DNA from: Rickettsiales bacterium
GTDB taxonomy: Bacteria; Pseudomonadota; Alphaproteobacteria; Rickettsiales; SXRF01
Direction: 5' to 3'
Length of the DNA: 64,000 nt
Assembly (NCBI GenBank): GCA_964231325.1
Contig: CAXRIF010000003.1
Coordinates: 1,234,325-1,298,324, forward strand
Below the pieces are notes generated by a model. That model saw only the letters and a program-made list of their open reading frames with translations, searched no databases and had not been told where the DNA came from. Of the stretch, positions 20,399-28,619 are shown piece by piece (the stretch's first letter is position 1; every line of letters starts with the position of its first letter). The position numbers and the translations under genes are program-made.

Positions 20399-20539
20399 TT
20401 AAAAATCCACGCATTTGCCAGCGATTTCCCAATCGCCATAACGGGTTGGCTCTGGCCCCTTCGGCCCACCAGATTCTGATGTATCAGGCTTATTGGCCTG
20501 TTTCGCGTTGGCCTCTTTTTCTTTTTTCTTATCGTCCAT
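20399..20539 (-). CDS. DUF1674 / SDHAF4-like small protein (not in supplied ORF track)
   Basis: 46 codons: MDDKKKEKEANAKQANKPDTSESGGPKGPEPTRYGDWEIAGKCVDF*. The C-terminus matches the DUF1674/SDHAF4 signature (GP.GPEPTRYGDWE.KGRC.DF). The start is 3 nt after the SIMPL gene stop, and the stop is 3 nt before the thioredoxin ATG. Confidence 0.7.
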   Translation of the reverse strand: MDDKKKEKEANAKQANKPDTSESGGPKGPEPTRYGDWEIAGKCVDF

Positions 20540-20541
20540 CA

Positions 20542-21261
20542 TTATTCCATTTCAAACACAACGTTAAGGCGCTCATGTAGTGAGATCAATCCGGGCAAAC
20601 TTGGGCCACCAGCCGTATCGGTCTTAGCCGCCATCATCTCCATACCACCACGCATCATCGGCATTGGTTGTGGCGTGTAGCCACCACTGACACTAATGTT
20701 TACAGGCTTACCCAGCTTAACTCCTGCGGCATTTGCAATGCTCATGGCACGCGACTTTGCGTTCTTAAATGCCTTCACACGCACCGCATCCGCATGTTTT
20801 TCGCGATCTTTCAGGGTAAATTGCACGCCACCAATTTGCTCCACTTTAAGCTCAACCAGCTTTGATATCACACGCTCGTGAATAGAAATATCATCCATAG
20901 TGATACGCAATGAGCGATTTACCACATAGCCGGTGAGTGTACGTTTTTTGTTCTCATAACGATATTCCGGATTGATGTAAAAATGTGAATTGGCAATCTT
21001 ATTTTCAGGAATTTTAAAATCGCGTAGCGCGGCGACCACACGCTTGGAAAGCGCATCATTTGCTTCTTTAGCTGTTTCCAGGCTTGGATTACGGCTTACG
21101 AGAGAGACATTAAGTATGGCCTGATCCGGCTCAATGTCTTCCTCTGCCTCTCCTGACACACTAATTACCCGCTCCATCATAGGGTGTGACGGAGGCATTT
21201 GTGCAAATGCACTCTGCGCTGTAAAACTCAATAAGGCCGCAATAATGAGATGATGCTTCAT
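20542..21261 (-). CDS. SIMPL-domain periplasmic protein (DUF541; BP26/Omp28-like)
   Basis: 239 aa. Signal peptide MKHHLIIAALLSFTAQSAFA, then the SIMPL-type opening (ISVSGEAEEDIEPDQAILNVSL). Confidence 0.7.
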   Translation of the reverse strand: MKHHLIIAALLSFTAQSAFAQMPPSHPMMERVISVSGEAEEDIEPDQAILNVSLVSRNPSLETAKEANDALSKRVVAALRDFKIPENKIANSHFYINPEYRYENKKRTLTGYVVNRSLRITMDDISIHERVISKLVELKVEQIGGVQFTLKDREKHADAVRVKAFKNAKSRAMSIANAAGVKLGKPVNISVSGGYTPQPMPMMRGGMEMMAAKTDTAGGPSLPGLISLHERLNVVFEME

Positions 21262-21313
21262 TTTTTACTCCTGCTGTGCGATAAGGCGTATTTCATCATC
21301 AATGTAACAAAGA

Positions 21314-22612
21314 ATGCACGTGACACAATCGAATAATACCACCCCAACAGCGCGACTCAGCGCATTAACCGCTTTGGAGTTTTCACTTGATAAAGGCAAA
21401 CCGATCGATACGAGCTGGGCGCAGGATCAATATTTTTCCAGCCTTACTCCGCCTGATCGTGCCTTCTCGCAATTACTCGCTAAAACTACCATACGCCGCT
21501 TAGGCCAGATTGACGAGCTACTTGGCCGTTTTGTGGAGCGCAAACCACCACCACGTGTGTTTCATATTCTAAGGCTCGGTGCGGCTCAGTTACTATTTTT
21601 AAACACGCCACCGCATGCCGCGGTGAATGAATCAGTCGAAATGACGCGCCAAGTGAAAATGGAAAAATTTTCCGGACTGGTGAACGCGGTGCTGAAGAAA
21701 GTAGTAAAGCAAGGCAAAGAGATTCTCGCTGCGCATGATGAGGCTAAACTCAACACCCCCGACTGGCTGTGGGAAAGCTGGGTGAATGCTTATGGTGAAA
21801 AGAAAACCCGCGCCATTGCCGCAATGCATTTGGCAGAACCTACTCTGGATATCAGTGTAAAATCCGACGCCGAAAGCTGGGCAGACAAACTGGGCGGCAC
21901 AGCACTACCATCTGGTTCTATACGTCTTACAGATGCCAAAAACATTACCCAGCTTGAAGGGTTTGAGGAAGGTGCATGGTGGGTGCAGGATGTAGCTGCT
22001 GCCCTGCCCGCAACATTGCTCGGTGACGTGAGCGGACAAAAAGTGATCGACATATGCGCGGCACCAGGTGGCAAGACTATGCAGCTCGCAGCAGCGGGTG
22101 CAGAGGTAACCGCGGTAGAGCTGGTGAAAGCCCGCATGAACTTGCTGAAAATCAACTTAGAACGCGTGCAACTCTCGGCAAATTGCGTTACCGCTGACGC
22201 GCTGAAATGGACACCGGGTTTCACACCAGATGCTATTTTGCTTGATGCACCCTGCTCCGCCACCGGTACATTGCGCAAACACCCGGACGTAGCACATCAC
22301 CGCAACCCCAAAGATATTGCACGCCTTAAGACCACACAGTATGATTTACTAAATCATGCGCTAGAGATAATAAAGCCAGGTGGAACAGTGGTTTACGCGG
22401 TTTGTTCGTTACAACCGGAAGAAGGTGAAAACCAAATATCTCGATTGATTAACGAACGTAAAGATGTTAAGCTGGACGCCGTTTTACCATCTGAAATCGG
22501 TGGGTTAGCAGAATGCCTGACGGATAAAGGCGAACTAAGAACCCTACCGTGTCACCTTTTGGAACAGGGTGGAATGGATGGTTTTTATGCAGCACGCTTA
22601 ACAAAGGTATAG
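21314..22612 (+). CDS. rsmB: 16S rRNA (cytosine967-C5)-methyltransferase
   Basis: 432 aa with a NusB-like N-terminus, the SAM motif DICAAPGGKT and the catalytic region DAPCSATGT. Confidence 0.85.
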   Translation: MHVTQSNNTTPTARLSALTALEFSLDKGKPIDTSWAQDQYFSSLTPPDRAFSQLLAKTTIRRLGQIDELLGRFVERKPPPRVFHILRLGAAQLLFLNTPPHAAVNESVEMTRQVKMEKFSGLVNAVLKKVVKQGKEILAAHDEAKLNTPDWLWESWVNAYGEKKTRAIAAMHLAEPTLDISVKSDAESWADKLGGTALPSGSIRLTDAKNITQLEGFEEGAWWVQDVAAALPATLLGDVSGQKVIDICAAPGGKTMQLAAAGAEVTAVELVKARMNLLKINLERVQLSANCVTADALKWTPGFTPDAILLDAPCSATGTLRKHPDVAHHRNPKDIARLKTTQYDLLNHALEIIKPGGTVVYAVCSLQPEEGENQISRLINERKDVKLDAVLPSEIGGLAECLTDKGELRTLPCHLLEQGGMDGFYAARLTKV

Positions 22613-22615
22613 CCA

Positions 22616-23035
22616 ATGGTAACATTTAATTCCAGCTCTTCTACATCAATGGGTACCGCGACCAAAGCTAAGCCCTCACCCAAACCATCACTGACGATTA
22701 AACGCGAGCCCTTGGGAAGCGAAGACACAGAGCTTAACAGCGACTATGATGATATAATCGCTAAACTTGAAGCCGCGTTTATGGAAATGGTGGAAGAAAG
22801 CAACCCGGGGAAAGATGCGCTTGACGAAAGGATCGAAGAATATGATCAACGGGTCGAGGCCTTATTTGAACGACTCGCGGAAATACACGAAAAAGCCGGT
22901 CATACAGCTGATGAAATAGGTGAACAGGTAGAAATTACCGAACGAAAATTGATTGTTGCAGCAGAAGAAATCAAAGATAGTTATGACCACTGGAAGGCAC
23001 AGCAAGGCAAGAGCTCTGGCGGCCAGTCATTATAG
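22616..23035 (+). CDS. Hypothetical acidic helical protein
   Basis: 139 aa ORF starting 3 nt after rsmB. Ser/Thr/Lys/Pro-rich N-terminus and an acidic helical core. No recognisable family. Confidence 0.4.
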   Translation: MVTFNSSSSTSMGTATKAKPSPKPSLTIKREPLGSEDTELNSDYDDIIAKLEAAFMEMVEESNPGKDALDERIEEYDQRVEALFERLAEIHEKAGHTADEIGEQVEITERKLIVAAEEIKDSYDHWKAQQGKSSGGQSL

Positions 23036-23048
23036 GAAATATTGATTC

Positions 23049-23705
23049 ATGAATATCAAAATAGCACCGTCAATATTATCCGCCGATTTTTCTCGGCTTG
23101 GCGAAGAAATCAAAGCCATTGATGAGGCGGGTGCGGAATATGTGCATGTGGACGTGATGGACGGACAGTTTGTGCCGAACCTCACGATTGGCCCGGTGGT
23201 GATCAAAAGCAACCGCAAGGTAAGTGACAAAGTGTTCGATGTGCATCTGATGGTGCATGATCCGGATAAGTACGTCGAGGACTATGCGAAAGCTGGCGCG
23301 GACATCATCACCGTGCATAGCGAAGCACGGCAAGAAGGCTTGCGCAAAACGTTGGAAGCAATCAAAGCACAAGGTAAAAAATGTGGCGTGTCAATCAAGC
23401 CCAAAACGCCTGCATCTGTACTGGAGCCAGTGATGGATCTGGTAGATCTGATTTTGGTGATGACGGTGGAGCCCGGCTTTGGCGGCCAATCGTTCATGGA
23501 AGATCAACTGCCCAAAATTCGCGAAGTACGCGAAATGATCACCAAACAAGGCCGCGATATTGATCTGGAAGTAGATGGTGGTATCGCCCCCGGCACAGCA
23601 CCCAAAGTGATTGAGGCTGGAGCAAATGTGCTGGTGGCGGGAAGCGCCGTGTTTAAAGGCAACGCGGCAGAGTATGCAAAGAACATCGACGCGTTGCGAG
23701 GGTAA
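23049..23705 (+). CDS. rpe: Ribulose-phosphate 3-epimerase
   Basis: 218 aa with HVDVMDGQFVPN, HLMV and VEPGFGGQ motifs. Confidence 0.95.
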   Translation: MNIKIAPSILSADFSRLGEEIKAIDEAGAEYVHVDVMDGQFVPNLTIGPVVIKSNRKVSDKVFDVHLMVHDPDKYVEDYAKAGADIITVHSEARQEGLRKTLEAIKAQGKKCGVSIKPKTPASVLEPVMDLVDLILVMTVEPGFGGQSFMEDQLPKIREVREMITKQGRDIDLEVDGGIAPGTAPKVIEAGANVLVAGSAVFKGNAAEYAKNIDALRG

Positions 23706-23714
23706 ATACCAAAA

Positions 23715-24518
23715 ATGCGAACATTGAGCGAAAGCAATAAAAAGCTGAATGCATTGTTTGTTGAATACCGTGAAGCGAGTAAACACGGTGCCACGAAAGA
23801 TGGCAGAACCCCTTCAGATATATTCGCTGAAATGTGCCCCGTAGCCGAAGAATGCTGCGCCCCCGTGCTCTCACACTTCAGAAGACAATATAGGCTGGTT
23901 GACCGCGCTGGTACTGAATTTATAGATAACGCTGTGTTTGACAAGTTAGGTACTTTAGTAAATTGGCCTAAGGCAGACCCCAGCCGCTTTGACAGCTTGC
24001 TTCGGGTAAGCGTAAAGAATGCCTTGTTGGCAGAACTCAAAAAGCACATCAAGCGCTCTGATCACGAACGCCCCGAAACCGATATCTCGCACAACGAGGA
24101 AGCAAGCAGCCCCCTTCGAATTGGAGAGTTGCTTGAAAATGGCGCTTTTCATAACGGTGATAATCATGCGGAACAACAGGCTATACTAATGGAATCGGAG
24201 CTTGCGGAAATGCGTAAAATATACAAGTCCTGTTTGCAGTGTTTCAACGCTAAACAACTAAGCATATTCCGTTTACGTCTGGAAGGTCGTGCATACAAAG
24301 AAATCGTCAGCACACTGAATGTACCGATGGGCACGGTAATGTCCTCGCTGCATAGAGTGCGTGAAGTACTAAATAAACAAGACAAAAAGATATCTCATAT
24401 CTTAGACATCATGCCTGACGACATGAATCAAATGCAGCAGGCATTTATAGGCAAGATGATGCGATCCGTTATAGATGAGCTGATCGGAAATGAAATGTCT
24501 ACAGGGATGGCACGATAG
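23715..24518 (+). CDS. Divergent ECF-type RNA polymerase sigma factor with C-terminal extension
   Basis: 267 aa. Clear region 4.2 HTH (LSIFRLRLEGRAYKEIVSTLNVPMGTVMSSLHRVREVL). Region 2 is only weakly recognisable (FDSLLRVSVKNALLAELKK). An extension of about 45 aa follows region 4. Confidence 0.6.
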   Translation: MRTLSESNKKLNALFVEYREASKHGATKDGRTPSDIFAEMCPVAEECCAPVLSHFRRQYRLVDRAGTEFIDNAVFDKLGTLVNWPKADPSRFDSLLRVSVKNALLAELKKHIKRSDHERPETDISHNEEASSPLRIGELLENGAFHNGDNHAEQQAILMESELAEMRKIYKSCLQCFNAKQLSIFRLRLEGRAYKEIVSTLNVPMGTVMSSLHRVREVLNKQDKKISHILDIMPDDMNQMQQAFIGKMMRSVIDELIGNEMSTGMAR

Positions 24519-24519
24519 T

Positions 24520-24708
24520 ATGAGTACCAATTGCCCCATATGCCACAAGCCAGCCACTGAGAAATACAAACCATTTTGTTGCAAACGCTGCGCCGATATT
24601 GATCTTGGCAAATGGATGAAGGGTGATTATGCCGTGCCCGCTATAGAGCTAGATGATGTCTCTGATGAAGAGCTGGCAATGGCAGATCGCGATCCGCAAT
24701 TACAATAA
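24520..24708 (+). CDS. yacG: DNA gyrase inhibitor YacG (zinc ribbon)
   Basis: The internal ATG, 1 nt after the sigma-factor stop, gives 62 aa: CPICHK...PFCCKRCADIDLGKW with an acidic tail. This is the YacG signature. Confidence 0.85.
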   Translation: MSTNCPICHKPATEKYKPFCCKRCADIDLGKWMKGDYAVPAIELDDVSDEELAMADRDPQLQ

Positions 24709-24810
24709 ACCACTGTTAATACAGGGTTTTCACTAAGCCATTAAACTGCAACAATAAATTCACATAACTTTGCTGGTTTAGCCCCTATGGGCTGGGGTAG
24801 ACTATAAGTC

Positions 24811-25851
24811 ATGGATAAATTAGATGATGAACTGGCCAATGAACTGGGCAAGTCGCAGATTGACGATATTATGTCAAAACTGGCCAGCGCACGTGACCCC
24901 GGAGACGTTCGCTCTCTGCAGGGCGAGCTAGCGAGCATCACGTTGCCACATTCATCACCTTATATAGCGGCATTAAGTGCCGCTAAAGATTTTGCAATAA
25001 AGCGCCTAAATGAAGAAGAGGTAAGCGAAAGACTTGAAGAGGCCTCGCTTGAAGGTGGCACCTACCCACCGTCGAATGCGCTGGAGCGCGCCATATTCAA
25101 CTACATGACGGATGAGGAAAAAGAATATTTCCAGTCTATCGATCCGAATAAAACCTACGATGTGGTGGTGCTGGATGATGATGGCGAAATCGTGCGCGAT
25201 GAAAATGGTGAAGCGGTTACGCGTGAAGTAGATGGTACGACATTGCGCCGCGATATTGTCAACATTACCCGCGAGAGCTTGTCGCCTGAAGAACAGCGTA
25301 AGGTGGATGAGGAAGTGAAATCTGCCGGGGAAGAAAAAGAGCCCAAAGAGCGCAGCGAAGAGCTAGAAGAGCTGGAAGAATCGCTCGATAATGTAGAAGC
25401 AAAAAAGGCTACTGAGATTGAAGAAGCACGTAAAGAAGGACGTATCAGCGAGGAAGAAGCGCAAGAGAAACGGCAGGATAATCGCGAACGCTTTCGCGAA
25501 GCGAAAGAGCGCGTGAGGGAAGCACGCAAGGCGCGCCGAGAAGAAGAAAAACACCGCGACAATGCGCAAAACGGCGCCGAAGCTGAAAAACCTATGGCCG
25601 AGATTATGGAGCGCGAAAAAGCCAAGGAAGCCGAGGCGAAAGAAGAAGAAATGCGCGAGTCACTACAAGAGGTGCGCGAGGTGATCGCCGAGAAACCAGA
25701 ACAAAAACGCGAACCACGCAAACACAGAGAACACAAAGAAGAAAAAACAGAAAAAACCGAAATCAGCCAAGGTGAGCAAGCGGATCGTGCGGGGCATGGG
25801 CTGGAGAATGTGGCCGCTGCCAAGCCACGCCAGACAGAACGCGCGCTTTAA
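24811..25851 (+). CDS. Hypothetical highly charged (Glu/Lys/Arg-rich) protein
   Basis: 346 aa. Acidic N-terminal half. The C-terminal half is an almost uninterrupted E/K/R helix-former (EEARKEGRISEEEAQEKRQDNRERFREAKERVREARKARREEEKHR...). Its stop codon overlaps the convergent uvrD stop (TTAA). Confidence 0.5.
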   Translation: MDKLDDELANELGKSQIDDIMSKLASARDPGDVRSLQGELASITLPHSSPYIAALSAAKDFAIKRLNEEEVSERLEEASLEGGTYPPSNALERAIFNYMTDEEKEYFQSIDPNKTYDVVVLDDDGEIVRDENGEAVTREVDGTTLRRDIVNITRESLSPEEQRKVDEEVKSAGEEKEPKERSEELEELEESLDNVEAKKATEIEEARKEGRISEEEAQEKRQDNRERFREAKERVREARKARREEEKHRDNAQNGAEAEKPMAEIMEREKAKEAEAKEEEMRESLQEVREVIAEKPEQKREPRKHREHKEEKTEKTEISQGEQADRAGHGLENVAAAKPRQTERAL

Positions 25852-28019
25852 GTCGCTTCAATAAAATCCGCGAGCACTTTTTTAATACCCGCTTTTTCAA
25901 AATCAATCTCTACATGATCGCCACTAATGGAAAGAATTTTTCCATAGCCAAACTTGATGTGGAAAATGCGCTGTCCTTTGGAAAACCCTGTAGGAGAGGC
26001 AATATCTGCGGATGCAGATTCCAAAATAGACGCCACTTCATTCTTCCAGCTTTTGCCACCACGGCTACTGGCATGCCCCCCCCCGGGGAGTATGTCAATA
26101 TGCTCTGCCGGAATTTCACCAATGAAGCGCGAGGCAATGCTGGATTGCCACTGGTTATAGATGCGGCGGTTCGCAGCATGGGTAATGAACAAGGTTTGTC
26201 GCGCGCGCGTTATGCCCACATAAGCAAGGCGACGCTCCTCTTCCAGCGATTTCATGCCCCCCTCATCCAGCGCACGCTGATGTGGGAACAGCCCCTCTTC
26301 CCAACCCGGCAGGAACACTACATCAAACTCCAACCCTTTCGCTGCATGCAGCGTCATCAGGCTGACCATGTCTGTATTATCTTCATCGGTGGTTACTTCC
26401 GTGACCAGGCTCACATGCTCCAAAAATTCCTGAATATTTTCGAACTCGCCCAGCGCCCGCGTGAGCTCTTTCAGGTTCTCCAAACGGCCTGCTGCTTCTG
26501 GTGACTTTTCGTTCTGCCACATGGCGCGATAACCGCTTTCTTCAAGCATTAAATCGGTGACCTCGGCAAGGCTCAACACCTCAAGCTGCGCACGCCAACG
26601 CTCACAATTAGTAATAAACTTATCCAGCGCGCCGCCAAGCTTGCCTTTTAGTGTTCCGGCCTTCAGCATATGCACCGTGGCGTTATACAGTGTTGTATTC
26701 AACTGGCGCGCCGTGGTGTGAATATTCTTCATAGTGGCCTGGCCAATACCACGTTTAGGCGTATTGATAATACGTTCAAACGCCAGATCATCCGCTGGAG
26801 TGGCGATGATACGCAAATATGCCACTGCATCGCGAATCTCTGCACGCTCATAAAAGCGCAAGCCGCCAATTACGCGGTAGGCAATACCCATGGTAAGGAA
26901 GCGCTCCTCAAATGCCCGCGTCTGGAAACCAGCACGCACCAGAATCGCCATATCCCGTAGGGGCACTTTTTTATGCTGTAATGTTTCGATTTCTTCACCA
27001 ATGAAACGCGCCTCTTCGCCCTCGTCCCATAAGGATTTGAGCTTCAGCTTCTCGCCCTCTTTGGTCGGCGTCCATAGGGTTTTTCCCAGCCTGCCTTGGT
27101 TATTAGCGATTACCGCTGAGGCAGCCGCGAGAATATGTGGCGTGGAGCGATAATTACATTCGAGGCGTACGGTAGTCGCATCCGGAAAATCGCGCTCGAA
27201 GCGAAGGATATTACCCACCTCTGCCCCGCGCCAGCTATAGATAGACTGATCATCATCGCCCACACAGCAAATATTTTTGTGGTAACTGGCAAGCAAACGC
27301 AGCCAGAGATATTGCGATACGTTTGTATCCTGATACTCATCGACCAGAATATATTTGAAACGTTTAGCGTATTCTTCCAGCACCTCCTGATGCTTGGTGA
27401 ACAAGGTAAGCATGTGCAAAATCAGATCGCCGAAATCGCACGCATTTACCTGTAATAAGCGCTCCTGATAGACCTTATAGACCTCCAGCGCTTTACCATC
27501 TGCTGCACCTATATCTTTGGCGCTGGTCACTTTATCTGGTGTTAGCCCTTGATCCTTCCAGCTTTGAATAATGGCTGAAAACAGCTTAGGCGGCTGCTCC
27601 TTGGGGTCAATATTACGCTCAACGAGAATGGCTTTAAGCAGGCGCAACTGGTCGTCCGTATCCAAAATCACAAAGCTGGAGTTAAGCCCTAGCTTTTCGG
27701 CATGACGACGAATAACGCGCGCACCGATGGAGTGGAACGTGCCCATCCACATAGATTGTGAGGAACCGGTTAGCTGCGCTACGCGCTCGGACATTTCGCG
27801 CGCAGCTTTGTTGGTGAAGGTCACTGCAAGAATTTCGCCCGGCCATGCCAGCTTGTTCATCAGTATGTATGCGATGCGCGTGGTGAGTACGCGTGTTTTG
27901 CCCGTGCCCGCACCCGCCAACACCAGCACCGGCCCATCAGTGGCCTCGACCGCTGCACGTTGCTCGGTATTTAGCTTGTCTAACACTGGGTGTGTTGCTT
28001 CTATGGCAGGCTCAGCCAT
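25848..28019 (-). CDS. uvrD: ATP-dependent DNA helicase II (UvrD/PcrA/Rep family)
   Basis: Helicase motifs are present: AGAGTGKT (Walker A), VDEYQDTN, and TLHAAKGLEF...YVGITRA. Start chosen at MAEPAIE (28019); the ORF opens at 28067. Confidence 0.9.
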   Translation of the reverse strand: MAEPAIEATHPVLDKLNTEQRAAVEATDGPVLVLAGAGTGKTRVLTTRIAYILMNKLAWPGEILAVTFTNKAAREMSERVAQLTGSSQSMWMGTFHSIGARVIRRHAEKLGLNSSFVILDTDDQLRLLKAILVERNIDPKEQPPKLFSAIIQSWKDQGLTPDKVTSAKDIGAADGKALEVYKVYQERLLQVNACDFGDLILHMLTLFTKHQEVLEEYAKRFKYILVDEYQDTNVSQYLWLRLLASYHKNICCVGDDDQSIYSWRGAEVGNILRFERDFPDATTVRLECNYRSTPHILAAASAVIANNQGRLGKTLWTPTKEGEKLKLKSLWDEGEEARFIGEEIETLQHKKVPLRDMAILVRAGFQTRAFEERFLTMGIAYRVIGGLRFYERAEIRDAVAYLRIIATPADDLAFERIINTPKRGIGQATMKNIHTTARQLNTTLYNATVHMLKAGTLKGKLGGALDKFITNCERWRAQLEVLSLAEVTDLMLEESGYRAMWQNEKSPEAAGRLENLKELTRALGEFENIQEFLEHVSLVTEVTTDEDNTDMVSLMTLHAAKGLEFDVVFLPGWEEGLFPHQRALDEGGMKSLEEERRLAYVGITRARQTLFITHAANRRIYNQWQSSIASRFIGEIPAEHIDILPGGGHASSRGGKSWKNEVASILESASADIASPTGFSKGQRIFHIKFGYGKILSISGDHVEIDFEKAGIKKVLADFIEAT

Positions 28020-28612
28020 ACGGGTAATGTGCCTGAAGCGTGCAGCGCGTTTAGTATCGCAAAGCACGGCATAGGAAGGAAAAAGATTAGCGCGTCACCA
28101 ATGGTACGACGAATGAATTTAGGCTTAGCATCAAGCTGCTCGGACTCCTGCCATAGCTCCATGTTCGGGAACCAGCGCGGAACCTCGCGCATGTATTTTT
28201 CGTAAGGCTCACCGAATTTATGCTTCAGAAAGGCCTCTTCTTTTGCCACCACCAGCGGATAATACAGAACAAACACGCCAGTAAGCAACGCAAACATCAC
28301 CCAGCTTCCTGACTGCAGGCCGATACCTACTGTGGCGATGAAGGAGAACACATATAGGGGGTTACGCACTACGGAAAACACACCGTCGCGCACCACTACA
28401 TCATTTTTACGCCCGCCGATAAACACCGAACAGAACACACGCCCCATCGCGCCGATTGGTACTAACGCATAGCCTATCCATAACATGGCCTCACGCATGA
28501 AAGAGCCGGCTTCCATCAGTGGCTGGCTAACAAGAAGTAATACAATAATGCCAAAGGCGAAGAGACGGCTGTGGAATTGTCGTGCTTTAAGAAGCTTGGG
28601 TATATCTGTCAT
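28001..28612 (-). CDS. Isoprenylcysteine carboxyl / phospholipid methyltransferase-family membrane protein
   Basis: Start at ATG 28612 (MTDIPKLL...) avoids overlap with comEC. Four to five TM helices. The motif VVRDGVFSVVRNPLYV is typical of the ICMT/PEMT family. Confidence 0.6.
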   Translation of the reverse strand: MTDIPKLLKARQFHSRLFAFGIIVLLLVSQPLMEAGSFMREAMLWIGYALVPIGAMGRVFCSVFIGGRKNDVVVRDGVFSVVRNPLYVFSFIATVGIGLQSGSWVMFALLTGVFVLYYPLVVAKEEAFLKHKFGEPYEKYMREVPRWFPNMELWQESEQLDAKPKFIRRTIGDALIFFLPMPCFAILNALHASGTLPVWLSLP

Positions 28613-28619
28613 GATTTTG

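Noticed and set aside
24709-24810. Checked this interval and the other intergenic gaps over 100 nt (1194-1304, 11706-11813, 32154-32257, 51102-51248) for tRNA, 4.5S/6S/tmRNA-like genes or riboswitches.
   Set aside because: I saw no cloverleaf-compatible stems, conserved RNA boxes or known riboswitch cores. The gaps are too short for most ncRNA families. Only a weak AGCCC-N4-GGGCT hairpin lies near 24780.
25155-25823. 222 aa Ser-rich ORF antisense to the charged-protein gene.
   Set aside because: It is the reverse complement of a GAA/GAG/AAG-rich coding tract, which yields poly-Ser/Phe/Leu. It is extreme low complexity with no independent start signals.
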